64,000 nucleotides of DNA from Patescibacteria group bacterium (GCA_049325475.1 JBMOLN010000007.1:95489-159488), one strand, 5' to 3'. Positions 44,360 through 53,090 are shown, counted from the stretch's first letter. The notes: a model not told the origin generated them from the letters alone. A program made the numbers and translations.

Positions 44360-45877
44360 TTATAAAGAGTGTTCAATTTGTCGATACTGAAGCGCCTCGG
44401 CCACATGCTCCGGCAATATTTGCTCCGAAAATGCTAAATCGGCAATGGTAATCGCGACTCTAAGCACTCTGAAATACGATCTCGCCGAGAGATGAAATTT
44501 ATCCGTGGCTTGTTGCAATAATTTCTTTGCCTCCGGAGCTTGCTTAAAGCATTTACGAACTTTATCGCTGGTTAACTCGGCATTTGTTGCCGCACCGGTC
44601 ATTTCAGATCTTGCTGTTTGCCTGTCGCGGGCAGCCTGTACTCTTTTTTGAATTATCTTCGACCTTTCTCCTTCCTTTAATTCCATCAAATCTTCAGTTT
44701 TAACCCGGGGAACATTCACCCGCATATCAATCCTGTCCAAAAGCGGGCCGCTGATCTTTTTTCCGTACTGCAAAATCTTAACCGGCGTGCACACACATTG
44801 TCGGTGCAAATCTCCATAATATCCGCACGGACATGGATTCATCGCCGCGATCAGCGTAAACCTTGCCGGATAGCAAACCGTTCCTTGCGCTCGTGATACG
44901 GAAACCATTCCGTCTTCCAAAGGCTGCCTTAAATTTTCTAAAACTTGTCTTGAAAATTCCGGAAACTCATCCAAAAACAAAACTCCGCGGTGCGCAAGCG
45001 ATATTTCACCCGGTTTGGGGATGGTTCCGCCGCCGACCAAAGCCGCCCCGCTCGCCGTATGATGCGGCGATCTGAATGGACGCGTACTGCATACTCCGTC
45101 GCGCGGCAAAACTCCGGCCACCGAATGGATCCTCGTCACCTCAAGTGCTTCATCGCGCGTTAAAAGCGGCAATATGCCGGGCAAAGCACGGGCCAGCATG
45201 GTCTTGCCCGAGCCCGGCGACCCTGATAACAAAATATTATGCCCGCCGGCGGCAGCAACTTCCAGCGCCCGCTTGGCTTGCTCTTGTCCGCGCACGCCGG
45301 CAAAATCCAAAGCTTCATTATGTTTCAAGATTGTTCCCAAATCCAAAGTCGGTTGCTGCGGTAAAACCTTTTCACCTTTAAGATGCTCTATTACATCATT
45401 CAAACTCTGCGCCGCAAATATTTCTACATCATTCACAAAAGCCGCTTCCTTAGCATTTTGCTCGGGCACGATGAGCTCTTTCACGTTTGAAGTTTTTGCG
45501 TACAATGCCGACGATAATGCTCCATGCACCGGCCGAAGCTTGCCGTCCAAAGCCAGCTCCCCAACCATAATCGGCCAGCCTTTTTCCGGCTCCTCAATCT
45601 CTCCATTTCTTGCCAATATGGAAATCGCGATTGGTAAATCATAACCAGAACCGCCTTTGCGCAAATCCGCCGGCGCCAGATTAATCGTCACTCTATGCCT
45701 CGGAAAATAATATCCTGATCTTTTAAGCGCGCTCCTAACCCTCTCCCTCGCCTCCTGCACCGCCGCATCCGGCAAACCAACAACCGTAAAATTCGGCTTG
45801 CCAAAAGATAAGTCGGCTTCAACGCAAACTGAGTGAGCATCCAAGCCAATTATGGCAGTGGTAGGGATAATGTTCAT
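44360..45877 (-). CDS. comM: YifB/ComM-family Mg-chelatase-like ATPase
   Basis: Lon-protease-like N-domain, Walker A GSPGSGKTM, GVLFLDEFPEF Walker B, C-terminal Mg-chelatase subunit ChlI domain. MNIIPTT start chosen to avoid overlapping the upstream gene. Confidence 0.9.
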   Translation of the reverse strand: MNIIPTTAIIGLDAHSVCVEADLSFGKPNFTVVGLPDAAVQEARERVRSALKRSGYYFPRHRVTINLAPADLRKGGSGYDLPIAISILARNGEIEEPEKGWPIMVGELALDGKLRPVHGALSSALYAKTSNVKELIVPEQNAKEAAFVNDVEIFAAQSLNDVIEHLKGEKVLPQQPTLDLGTILKHNEALDFAGVRGQEQAKRALEVAAAGGHNILLSGSPGSGKTMLARALPGILPLLTRDEALEVTRIHSVAGVLPRDGVCSTRPFRSPHHTASGAALVGGGTIPKPGEISLAHRGVLFLDEFPEFSRQVLENLRQPLEDGMVSVSRAQGTVCYPARFTLIAAMNPCPCGYYGDLHRQCVCTPVKILQYGKKISGPLLDRIDMRVNVPRVKTEDLMELKEGERSKIIQKRVQAARDRQTARSEMTGAATNAELTSDKVRKCFKQAPEAKKLLQQATDKFHLSARSYFRVLRVAITIADLAFSEQILPEHVAEALQYRQIEHSL

Positions 45878-45887
45878 AATCAAGCTG

Positions 45888-46265
45888 TTAGCTTTTAGCC
45901 GATAGCTTATAGCCATCGTTATAAATGCTATTTAAAAAACCATTCAACATCTTTAATAACTCAACCACTTCACTTAAAATATCACCCATCTCATTCTTTT
46001 TTATATATTCCAAATCTACTGCCAAATAAATCATAGACTGAACCTCAACACATGATGCTTTCGCTATACGTAAAAAATAAACAAGTTCACGATCATTTCT
46101 TCTTGCGTAACCCTCGGCTATGTTATTCATAACAGAAAGTGACGCTCGTCTTATTTGATCTCTAAAACCAAAATCTCTACTATCTGAAAATAACTTATAG
46201 ATACGTACTGTTAATTTTCTCGCTTTTTGCCACACTAACAAGTCTTTAAACGAAATGATCTTCAT
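45888..46265 (-). CDS. four-helix-bundle protein (23S rRNA IVS / Avd-like family)
   Basis: FRDQIRRASLSVMNNIAEGYAR and KASCVEV motifs. The last ~10 residues are encoded by a TAGC-word stutter. Confidence 0.85.
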   Translation of the reverse strand: MKIISFKDLLVWQKARKLTVRIYKLFSDSRDFGFRDQIRRASLSVMNNIAEGYARRNDRELVYFLRIAKASCVEVQSMIYLAVDLEYIKKNEMGDILSEVVELLKMLNGFLNSIYNDGYKLSAKS

Positions 46266-46522
46266 ATATCTTATTCTGATATAAACCGATCGCCATCAGC
46301 TAACAGCTATCCGCTATCGGCTAAGTAAAAAAGAAGCCCTTCCGGCTCCTTCGTCTTTGCACCTATTACTATTGTAACGAGAGATAAATGTTTTGCAAGT
46401 TAATTAACAATTCCCAAAACTTTCTATACTTTTCTTAACAAACAGCAACATTTTTTGTCATCTTATTTCAACAATCCACAAACAAACTTCCGACGTATCG
46501 ACGTCCGACGTATCGACTTCCT

Positions 46523-47020
46523 TTACTCGTCATCTTCCTGCTTGCGGCTGCGCAAATAATACACCCCCGCATACCCCGCAATCCCGAGCGTAATCGCAAT
46601 ATCCGCAATATTGATTATTGAAGTATTAAACAACAATATCCAGTCAAAAACATAACCATTTACAATCCGGTCAATAAGATTACCGAGCGCGCCGCCTAAC
46701 ACGTAAGACAAAGCCCAAAACTCACCCGGGCGTCCATCCATAAAAGATTGCTTCATTACCATTCCCAAGACCGCAAGCGCAAACAATGTCAAAATCATTA
46801 TCAGCCAAAACGGAATCGGCAAATTACCAAGCAAACCGAAATTCTCATGCTTGGTTAATGCCAAGACGCCCGGAATCAACTCCCTCGTCATAATCCATTC
46901 CAGCTTTATTGCATATTTCAATATCAAATCCAAAATCAGCACGTCTAAAACTGCGCTGACGCCAAAAATTATCATCTTTGTTTTCTTGGAACACGTACAA
47001 CGCAAAGTCAACATACTCAA
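46523..47020 (-). CDS. lspA: lipoprotein signal peptidase II
   Basis: Four TM segments and GGALGNLIDRIVNGYVFDW motif. Confidence 0.85.
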   Translation of the reverse strand: MSMLTLRCTCSKKTKMIIFGVSAVLDVLILDLILKYAIKLEWIMTRELIPGVLALTKHENFGLLGNLPIPFWLIMILTLFALAVLGMVMKQSFMDGRPGEFWALSYVLGGALGNLIDRIVNGYVFDWILLFNTSIINIADIAITLGIAGYAGVYYLRSRKQEDDE

Positions 47021-47061
47021 ACTACTATAAACTTACAACTGACAACTTACAAGAGTAAATC

Positions 47062-47085
47062 AAAAAAACAGAGCTGCCTCTGTTT
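47062..47085 (-). terminator. intrinsic terminator
   Basis: Minus strand AAACAGAG-gcag-CTCTGTTT followed by a T run. Downstream of the dksA-like gene. Confidence 0.6.
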
Positions 47086-47136
47086 CTTTTAATCCTCTAT
47101 AAGCTATCAGCCACCCGCTAAAAGCCATCAGCTAAG

Positions 47137-47502
47137 TTACAGTTCCTGCGTCAACGTCTTTTTGCATTCAATGCAGCTGGTCGAAGCCGGCCTGGCCGTT
47201 AAACGTTTTTCATCGATTTCTTTGCCGCAATACTTGCAAATTCCGTATTTACCCTCATCGATTAACTTTAATGCTTTTTCAACATCCTTTAATTCAGCTT
47301 GAACTCTGGCTTCAATGGAAACAATATCCGCGTACTCCGTGATTTCCGCCGCATTATCATCTTCCGAATTGGATCCCGACTCCGGATATGAAGCATCCAA
47401 ATTATTCGGATCCTTGGATCCCAAATCCGCCAGCTCATGCGTTAAGCGGCTTTGTTCTTCCATCAGCAATCCTTTAAATTGTTCGATTTTTGAGCTATCC
47501 AT
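47137..47502 (-). CDS. DksA/TraR-family C4 zinc-finger protein
   Basis: Coiled-coil N-terminus and CKYCGKEIDEKRLTARPASTSCIECK. Confidence 0.8.
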   Translation of the reverse strand: MDSSKIEQFKGLLMEEQSRLTHELADLGSKDPNNLDASYPESGSNSEDDNAAEITEYADIVSIEARVQAELKDVEKALKLIDEGKYGICKYCGKEIDEKRLTARPASTSCIECKKTLTQEL

Positions 47503-47612
47503 ATACATTAATATATCAGATTATTATTCCAGAAAGTATATACTAAGTCAGCCAAACTGGCAATATCAAATACATCAACAAAAAAATCCCTTAATCAAGG
47601 GATAAAAAGACA

Positions 47613-48005
47613 TCAAGCCAAGATTCTCTGCATCATGATCATGCCGATCAAAATTCCCACGCAAAGCAACATGAACCAATATGCGATTTTTAAATCCGCT
47701 TTCCAAAGTATCAGCAAAAACGAAGCATATGTAATCACAATCAAACTTAAAGCCAAAATTTTTGCAATATAATGGTCAAATAAAATCCAAGATAGATAGA
47801 GATAAAGTACGGATGCGAATAAGCCGGCGCACGCATGGGCAAATGGTGTAAAAATTCCGAACCATTTTTCCGCTCTGCTCCGATTATCTTCTCCGGGCGG
47901 CGGAATGGATTTTATCCAGGTAATCTTCTTGGGCCAAAATGACGGACGCTCTTCTTGCATTGTTCCCTCCCGCATCAAGTTAATATGAAGTTTCCAAATG
48001 GTCAA
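47613..48005 (-). CDS. hypothetical membrane protein
   Basis: 130-aa ORF with three hydrophobic helices. No motif recognised. Confidence 0.5.
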   Translation of the reverse strand: MTIWKLHINLMREGTMQEERPSFWPKKITWIKSIPPPGEDNRSRAEKWFGIFTPFAHACAGLFASVLYLYLSWILFDHYIAKILALSLIVITYASFLLILWKADLKIAYWFMLLCVGILIGMIMMQRILA

Positions 48006-48059
48006 ATGCCATACCTCGCTCTTGCCTGATAGTCATTCTTGCGCTACTCTAAAAACTCT

Positions 48060-49145
48060 ATGACCCCTTCCGAAGAAATATTAAAAATCACGCAGGATCT
48101 TATCCGGTTTGAATCCAGTAAAAACAATCCCGAAGAAATCAATAAATGTTTTAATTACCTGGAAAATTATCTTAAAGATACCGGTCTTAAAATTGAAAAA
48201 ATTGATATTAACGGCTATCCGAATTTAATTGTCACTAAAGGCACAAAAACGCCTATAATTTTCTTAAGCGGCCATCTTGATGTTGTGGAGGGCTCTCCCG
48301 AACAATTTGCTCCCAAAATCGTGGATGATCGTTTATACGGCCGCGGCGCTTTGGATATGAAAAGCGGCGTAGCCGTCATGACATATATAATGAAAGAATT
48401 CGCGGATACTAAACATGACTTTGGTTTGATTTTTACAAGCGATGAAGAAATCGGCGGCTTCAACGGCACCAAAGCGCTTCTGGACCGCGGATATTCCTGC
48501 CAAGCGGCTGTAATACCGGACGGCGGCTTAGCCATTCACCGTGTCATGCATAAAGCCAAAGGCGCGATTTGGATCGAACTTAAAAGCACTGGCATTCCCG
48601 CCCACGCTTCCCGTCCCTGGCTCGGTGAAAACGCCATCAATAAACTGCTTCTCTCCATTGATAGGATTCAAAATCTGTTTTTGGATGTTTCCAAACACGA
48701 TAATGATCACTGGAATGCCACCTGCAATATCGGCACCATTCAGGGCGGCGACGCTCCCAACCGCTTGGCCGAATCCGCCAGCGCAATTTGCGATATCCGC
48801 TATACTGAAAATGATGACCCCGAATCAATCCTGAAAAAAATCCAAGATACTTTGCCCGATGGCGTCACGGCCAACCTTAAACTTGAAGTTGATACAACCT
48901 ACACCGCACCCGACAATCCGTTTTTAATCGCTTATCAAGATTCTATAAGGTCAATCGGACGCGAACCCGAATTAAGCGCGGACCACGGCAGTTCCGATGG
49001 CCGCTTTTTCTCGGCCAGAGGAATTGCTGTGCTCATGAGCGAGCCGGACGGCGGCGACCCGCATTCAAAAAACGAATGGGTTTCCATTGCCGCATTACAC
49101 GATTACTACCAAGTCCTCAAAAACTTTTTAGATAAAGTGGCATAA
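48060..49145 (+). CDS. M20-family metallopeptidase (ArgE/DapE-like)
   Basis: SGHLDVV, GRGALDMKSG and TSDEEIGG motifs. ATG at 48060 is preferred over the TTG at 48039. Confidence 0.85.
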   Translation: MTPSEEILKITQDLIRFESSKNNPEEINKCFNYLENYLKDTGLKIEKIDINGYPNLIVTKGTKTPIIFLSGHLDVVEGSPEQFAPKIVDDRLYGRGALDMKSGVAVMTYIMKEFADTKHDFGLIFTSDEEIGGFNGTKALLDRGYSCQAAVIPDGGLAIHRVMHKAKGAIWIELKSTGIPAHASRPWLGENAINKLLLSIDRIQNLFLDVSKHDNDHWNATCNIGTIQGGDAPNRLAESASAICDIRYTENDDPESILKKIQDTLPDGVTANLKLEVDTTYTAPDNPFLIAYQDSIRSIGREPELSADHGSSDGRFFSARGIAVLMSEPDGGDPHSKNEWVSIAALHDYYQVLKNFLDKVA

Positions 49146-49194
49146 TAACACCCCATTCTTAGCTCTAATCTTAAGGCTTAAAAATTTAACATAA

Positions 49195-49286
49195 GCTCCT
49201 TTCCCTTGCCCTGTGCCTCGGAGCTTTATGCGAAGTGGTATGCGGGGGAAAGGTCTCCGACGCATGTCGGAGGGATAGAGGGAGCA
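49195..49286. repeat. CTCCC/GGGAG-rich hairpin element upstream of cassette 1 promoter
   Basis: TTTCCCTTGCCC...GCGGGGGAAAGGTCTCCGAC-gcat-GTCGGAGGGATAGAGGGAG. Similar layout at 50375-50453 and 31686-31748. Confidence 0.5.
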
Positions 49287-49314
49287 TTGACAAAACCCTC
49301 TTTTTATGTAATAT
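49287..49314 (+). promoter_or_regulatory. sigma70-like promoter TTGACA-16-TAATAT
   Basis: Hexamers at 49287-49292 and 49309-49314, upstream of small-protein cassette 1. Confidence 0.5.
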
Positions 49315-49439
49315 TTACCCATTGTTCCTACACAAAACCACCAAACAAGCCCTTGCAAAATTCTCTATCGCAACCTGCCCATCCTTGAGAAAGGAGGGGT
49401 TTGGGGTGGATTTGAGTCTTGCTAAAAGGGGAAATAACC

Positions 49440-49745
49440 ATGCCCAAAGACAAAAAAGCCATCTTTGCACTAATCAACAAATCACTCGATACACTCGCAA
49501 AGCTGGAAGCATCTCTCCAGCGAGATGACGATCCTGATGCTATCATGGATCTCATGGATGCTCACGCCCAAGGCACCGAAGAAATGCTCGACAGTGTTGT
49601 CGAACACCTGAAAGCCAAAGACTTGGAGAAGTGCCGGCAATGCGATGCGGTGGACTGTCCGCTTCATCCCGATAATAACGGCCCGAAAACACCGCGGGTA
49701 GAATTCATACCCGATCCGGACATTGATCCAAGATCCCTAAACTAG
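49440..49745 (+). CDS. small helical protein with KC-x2-C-x4-CP-x-HP motif (paralog A)
   Basis: ATG preceded by AAGGGG, downstream of a TTGACA-16-TAATAT promoter. C-terminal KCRQCDAVDCPLHP. Paralogous to 50532-50807. Confidence 0.55.
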   Translation: MPKDKKAIFALINKSLDTLAKLEASLQRDDDPDAIMDLMDAHAQGTEEMLDSVVEHLKAKDLEKCRQCDAVDCPLHPDNNGPKTPRVEFIPDPDIDPRSLN

Positions 49746-49754
49746 GAGAATATA

Positions 49755-50051
49755 ATGGCGATTTTCAAAGCTTGGCGCATCAACACCTGGCCGCTTACAA
49801 CCGAGTACCATACCGAATGTATCGGCGGTGCTCTCCATCTTTGCTGGAGGAAGACTGTAAACCTTCAGCGCGGCCGCCGCATTCTTGTGGACGTCAATCT
49901 CCACGAGGCCTGCCCCTGCGACGGTTCCTGCGGCCGCAAAACCACAGTCGCGCGCAGAATCCTGCGCAAAGCGGTTGATCTCTCGTTCGGTCTGCGCCAA
50001 AGCCTCAAGCCTCGCATTCACGCGAGGAGAAAAAAGAGGCAAGCGCCATGA
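49755..50051 (+). CDS. small basic Cys-containing hypothetical protein
   Basis: AGGAG lies 6 nt before the ATG and its stop overlaps the next ATG (ATGA). The composition looks odd and an antisense ORF (49737-50102) competes. Confidence 0.35.
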   Translation: MAIFKAWRINTWPLTTEYHTECIGGALHLCWRKTVNLQRGRRILVDVNLHEACPCDGSCGRKTTVARRILRKAVDLSFGLRQSLKPRIHARRKKRQAP

Positions 50052-50215
50052 CCAAGGAAGACGAAAAACTGCTGGCCGAAATATTCCAGGCCATTCTGGC
50101 AATCGAAAACGGTGCCGTTCCGCAAAAAACCGAATTCCAACTTGCGGATTGCACTGTCACAATTTCCAGCGAAGAAGAAATGGAAGACGAAGCTCCGCCC
50201 GAAGATCTCAATTAA
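50048..50215 (+). CDS. 55-aa acidic hypothetical protein
   Basis: Hand-translated MTKEDEKLLAEIFQAILAIENGAVPQKTEFQLADCTVTISSEEEMEDEAPPEDLN. ATGA-coupled to the upstream ORF and followed by the terminator at 50225-50246. Below the ORF-track length cutoff. Confidence 0.4.
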   Translation: MTKEDEKLLAEIFQAILAIENGAVPQKTEFQLADCTVTISSEEEMEDEAPPEDLN

Positions 50216-50224
50216 ATCATCTAT

Positions 50225-50246
50225 GTCCCGTTCTGGGACTTTTTTT
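50225..50246 (+). terminator. intrinsic terminator
   Basis: GTCCC-gttct-GGGAC followed by T7. Confidence 0.7.
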
Positions 50247-50374
50247 GACCATGATTACCCTGATTTTAATTTACGATTAGCAGGATTATTATTTTATTGT
50301 TCTTCCCCGCTTAGACCTTTCCCGATATTTATCAAGAAATCTTCCTCTTAATGCGGTTTCAATTCTTCCCTAAT

Positions 50375-50453
50375 CTTACTTCTTTCCCCTGCTCGCGGGG
50401 GAGAGATGTCCCGCAATAGAATAATTAAAGGGGCAGAGAGAGGGATGTACGGC
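50375..50453. repeat. CTCCC/GGGAG-rich hairpin element upstream of cassette 2 promoter
   Basis: TTTCCCCTGCTCGCGGGGGAGAGATGTCCC...AAAGGGGCAGAGAGAGGGATG. Compare 31688-31748: TTTCCCCTTTCCCTCGCACGCGGGGGAGAGGTCCC...GGGGGAGAGAGGGAAC. Confidence 0.5.
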
Positions 50454-50482
50454 TTGACAAATCCCCCAATTTCTGCTACATT
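50454..50482 (+). promoter_or_regulatory. sigma70-like promoter TTGACA-17-TACATT
   Basis: Hexamers at 50454-50459 and 50477-50482, upstream of cassette 2. Confidence 0.5.
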
Positions 50483-50531
50483 GAGCAATCGACTCAAACG
50501 CAGCACCCTCTCAAAATAGAAAGGCAAAAAC

Positions 50532-50807
50532 ATGACCGATCTCAACGTTCCCCAAATGATTGCACTCGCAATCAGTGAAAGCACACTGAAAACCCTCGCG
50601 GCCATAGAACATGGCCCGGAGGAAACCCTCTCGGCTCTGACCGAGCAAATCAACCTATTGACGACCGCTCGTCAGGCGCTCGAGAACATGCTCAACCCCG
50701 ACCCGGCCAAGTGTGCCTCATGCAAAGAAATCATTTGCCCCAATCACCCCTCGCATGCCAAGCCGCCGGCCGAAAGCCCAGCCGAAGACCACGACGGTCT
50801 CGGTTGA
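50532..50807 (+). CDS. small helical protein with KC-x2-C-x4-CP-x-HP motif (paralog B)
   Basis: Own TTGACA-17-TACATT promoter, GAAAGG SD, KCASCKEIICPNHP motif, terminator at 50840-50861. Confidence 0.55.
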   Translation: MTDLNVPQMIALAISESTLKTLAAIEHGPEETLSALTEQINLLTTARQALENMLNPDPAKCASCKEIICPNHPSHAKPPAESPAEDHDGLG

Positions 50808-50839
50808 TAAATTTTGGCAGATACGATCTGCCAACTCAA

Positions 50840-50861
50840 GTCCCGCCCCTGGGACTTTTTT
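50840..50861 (+). terminator. intrinsic terminator
   Basis: GTCCC-gcccct-GGGAC followed by T6. Same stem as the 50225 terminator. Confidence 0.7.
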
Positions 50862-51036
50862 GATCCTGATTTACAGCACGTTTCTCCGTAGTCCTGTTAA
50901 CCCGTATTCCGGAGTCAACTCTGGACAACGATTTACGGTTGCACTGGAATACGTTGTATATTCGTAGTTCATGACGTAGGACGTAGGACGATTGGGACGA
51001 ACCCTCGCACCGTACGGTGCAGGGCGTGCGACAATA

Positions 51037-51065
51037 TTGACCTTCCCCTTATTTTTTGATATAAA
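51037..51065 (+). promoter_or_regulatory. sigma70-like promoter TTGACC-17-TATAAA with TGn extension
   Basis: Hexamers at 51037-51042 and 51060-51065, TG at 51057-51058. Upstream of cassette 3. Confidence 0.45.
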
Positions 51066-51223
51066 TAGCCCGGAACCTTCAATCCAACAGGCGGAAACAA
51101 TCGCCTGCTTCCCATCTCTACTTCACATACCGTCCCAAATCGACGTATCCACGTCCGACTCATCGACGATATTAATGTGAGATAAAGATGAGAACCTCCA
51201 ATCAAATTGAAAGGAGAAAAACC

Positions 51224-51477
51224 ATGGGGTAAAAATCATACAACACCGCAAACTGCGCTCCCGCAAACCCGGCGTTCGTCTTGCTTATCGTGAAATCTGC
51301 ATTGACGGATGCCTGCATCGCATGGATTTGGTAATGTATCAAATTGTTCTAGGCGAATTCCGCTGTACGGAAGTATATCGCTTTCCCGATGAAAAACCTT
51401 GTAGTTGTAAAAAATCATCATCCTCCCCCATTAAACAGATCATAGACAAGATAGCATCTGTCTTCTCTGCCCCTTAG
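51224..51477 (+). pseudogene. frameshifted (G-tract) small Cys-rich ORF in third cassette
   Basis: AAGGAG-N7-ATGGGGTAA gives a 2-codon ORF. The adjacent frame is open for 82 codons (VKIIQHRKLRSRKPG...CIDGC...CSCKK...) up to TAG at 51475. One extra G in the GGGG run would fuse them. Confidence 0.3.
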
Positions 51478-51612
51478 CGGGCATTTTTTTAACCAAGATT
51501 TCCGGAATTTAACTTACGATTAGCAGGATTATTAATTAAACCGATAAGCAAATGAGCCACTAAGCGATTAAGCTTATTGGCTTTGCGGCTTTGTCGCTTA
51601 GTAGCTTCGTAA

Positions 51613-51647
51613 TAGAATCTAGAGTCTAGAATCTAGAGTCTCGAGTC
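51613..51647. repeat. heptanucleotide array (TAGAATC TAGAGTC TAGAATC TAGAGTC TCGAGTC)
   Basis: Ends 7 nt before the rsmE stop codon. Confidence 0.85.
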
Positions 51648-51653
51648 TGCCAT

Positions 51654-52349
51654 TCAGTTGCAAGCCATATAACTCGCAACAATCGCCGCCGTCTCGGCTC
51701 TTAAGGTTAAACTTCCCAAATTTTGCAATAAAAAACCCGCCCTTTTTGCTTGCTCAACTTCCATGTCACTCCATCCACCTTCCGGCCCGATCCAAACTCC
51801 CGCTCTTTGCGGATTCTTCTGCGTCGGCGCTTCAGACTCAATGTTTAAATCATAAAAATAATTCACTTCATGATCTCTCGCCCGTTCCATTGCCGATGCT
51901 AAAGGTATTGGATCGTTTACAAGCGGCACATGCCCCCTGCCCGATTGCTCGGCCGCTTCTTTGGCAATTAATCTTACCCTGTCCATTTTTAAACTTTGCT
52001 TGACTGTTCTTTCAGTGATGATCGGCACAATCTCCCAAACCCCGACTTCAGTCGCCTTCTGCACCACTAACTCAAAATTCTCTCTTTTCAAAACCGCGCA
52101 GAATAAAAAAACTTTTTTAGATGTTTCGACGCTGATCTCTTTTGCATCTTCTAAAATAATCGTAACCGACTTTTTATCGATACTATCAATCCTCCCCACT
52201 GCTTCACGTCCATATCCGTCACATAAAATTAACGCTTGTCCCGTCTGCATGCGTAAAACTTTTGTTACTTGATGCGCAAAATCCTTGTCATCAATAACAA
52301 GTTCTTTTTTATTTAAATCAAATTTGCCGATAAATCGATGTAACTTCAT
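51654..52349 (-). CDS. rsmE: 16S rRNA (uracil1498-N3)-methyltransferase
   Basis: MKLHRFIG start, PUA-like N-domain, IGPEGGWSDMEVEQA SPOUT motif. Confidence 0.85.
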   Translation of the reverse strand: MKLHRFIGKFDLNKKELVIDDKDFAHQVTKVLRMQTGQALILCDGYGREAVGRIDSIDKKSVTIILEDAKEISVETSKKVFLFCAVLKRENFELVVQKATEVGVWEIVPIITERTVKQSLKMDRVRLIAKEAAEQSGRGHVPLVNDPIPLASAMERARDHEVNYFYDLNIESEAPTQKNPQRAGVWIGPEGGWSDMEVEQAKRAGFLLQNLGSLTLRAETAAIVASYMACN

Positions 52350-52459
52350 AAACTTATCGTACAACGTACATCGTACATTGTACAAAGTCCATAGCAATCA
52401 CTGACTGCCGTCTAACGACAATCGTCAATCAAATAATAATCCTGCTGATCATTTTAAAA

Positions 52460-53090
52460 TCAAGACACGTCGTTCGCGAACGACCGTGTCAAGGTAATCC
52501 TGGTAAAAAAAAGAAGAGCCGTGTTGCGCCCTAAGAATTGATAATTTTTGTGGCGTCACAGCTCTAGGCCAAGACGCGGATCAACTCTCGTGGGCAATTA
52601 ATCGGCAAAGCCGACATTGAGAAGGAGCGAATCGCTCCACGATTTTGATACTAGCGGTATCCCTGGCCAATAAGACCACTGGTTCATCCCATTCCTGGCA
52701 AGAACTTCGAGACTTGCAATGAAGTCTCATAAATGAAGTGTGCCTGGTGTGCGTGTCAGGTCGCTATGCATGAAATGTCCTGCACAATGAGCTGACACGC
52801 CGTGTTTTTAGTTTTGTTTTTTGATTTCAATGTGTCGCGTTAAACGCGGCGGGAATGAGATAATCCAATTCATGGATGTCCATAAGAACAGGTTATGGAG
52901 ACCCATTATTTAAAGTGGTTTGAAATGTACTATGAGGTAATCAATAGAGTTGCCTGCAAACCGACCATGAGCATGGCTTGCATGTGCCATATACGACACG
53001 AAACGCGCTTGCAAATCAAGCGCTTCCACACAAAGAGCGTTATAAAATCTAAAGTACGATTGTGTATAATTATTATATCGTACTTTTTGA
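52460..53090. ncRNA. candidate structured non-coding RNA(s), class unknown
   Basis: About 630 nt with no credible ORF and at least 11 stable hairpins (for example 52464-52490, 52751-52800, 52709-52728). Promoter-like and terminator-like signals exist for both strands. Confidence 0.3.

Noticed and set aside
43355-46265. Four-helix-bundle genes as Avd components of a diversity-generating retroelement
   Set aside because: No reverse transcriptase-like ORF (no YxDD-type motif seen in any translation). I could not spot a template/variable repeat pair near these genes.
49737-50102. 121-aa minus-strand ORF as the true gene in cassette 1
   Set aside because: Not fully excluded; its middle looks protein-like. 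However, it would lie antisense to a promoter-SD-coupled-ORF-terminator series, has no SD, and would need a promoter inside the 55-aa ORF. The plus-strand interpretation is kept at low confidence.
49440-50807. Small Cys-motif proteins as RiPP precursors matured by the radical SAM enzyme
   Set aside because: The only radical SAM gene is 12 kb away in a different operon. No peptidase or transporter is adjacent, and the conserved motif includes Pro/His in a metal-knuckle-like pattern rather than a repetitive core peptide.
49195-51480. Integron-like gene cassettes
   Set aside because: Each unit has its own promoter and terminator. I recognised no attC-type imperfect inverted repeats and there is no integrase.
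52460-53090. RNase P RNA, tmRNA, SRP RNA, or a B12/TPP riboswitch in the ORF-free region
   Set aside because: I searched both strands by eye for GAGGAAAGUCC / ACAGAA..GGCUUA (RNase P P4), tRNA-like CCA ends with a tag ORF, GGAA-capped helix 8 with AGCA, and the B12 box and TPP cores. There were only loose resemblances (GAAAUGUCC, GUCAGGUC, GGCCUAGA). It is kept as an unknown candidate RNA and not assigned to a class.
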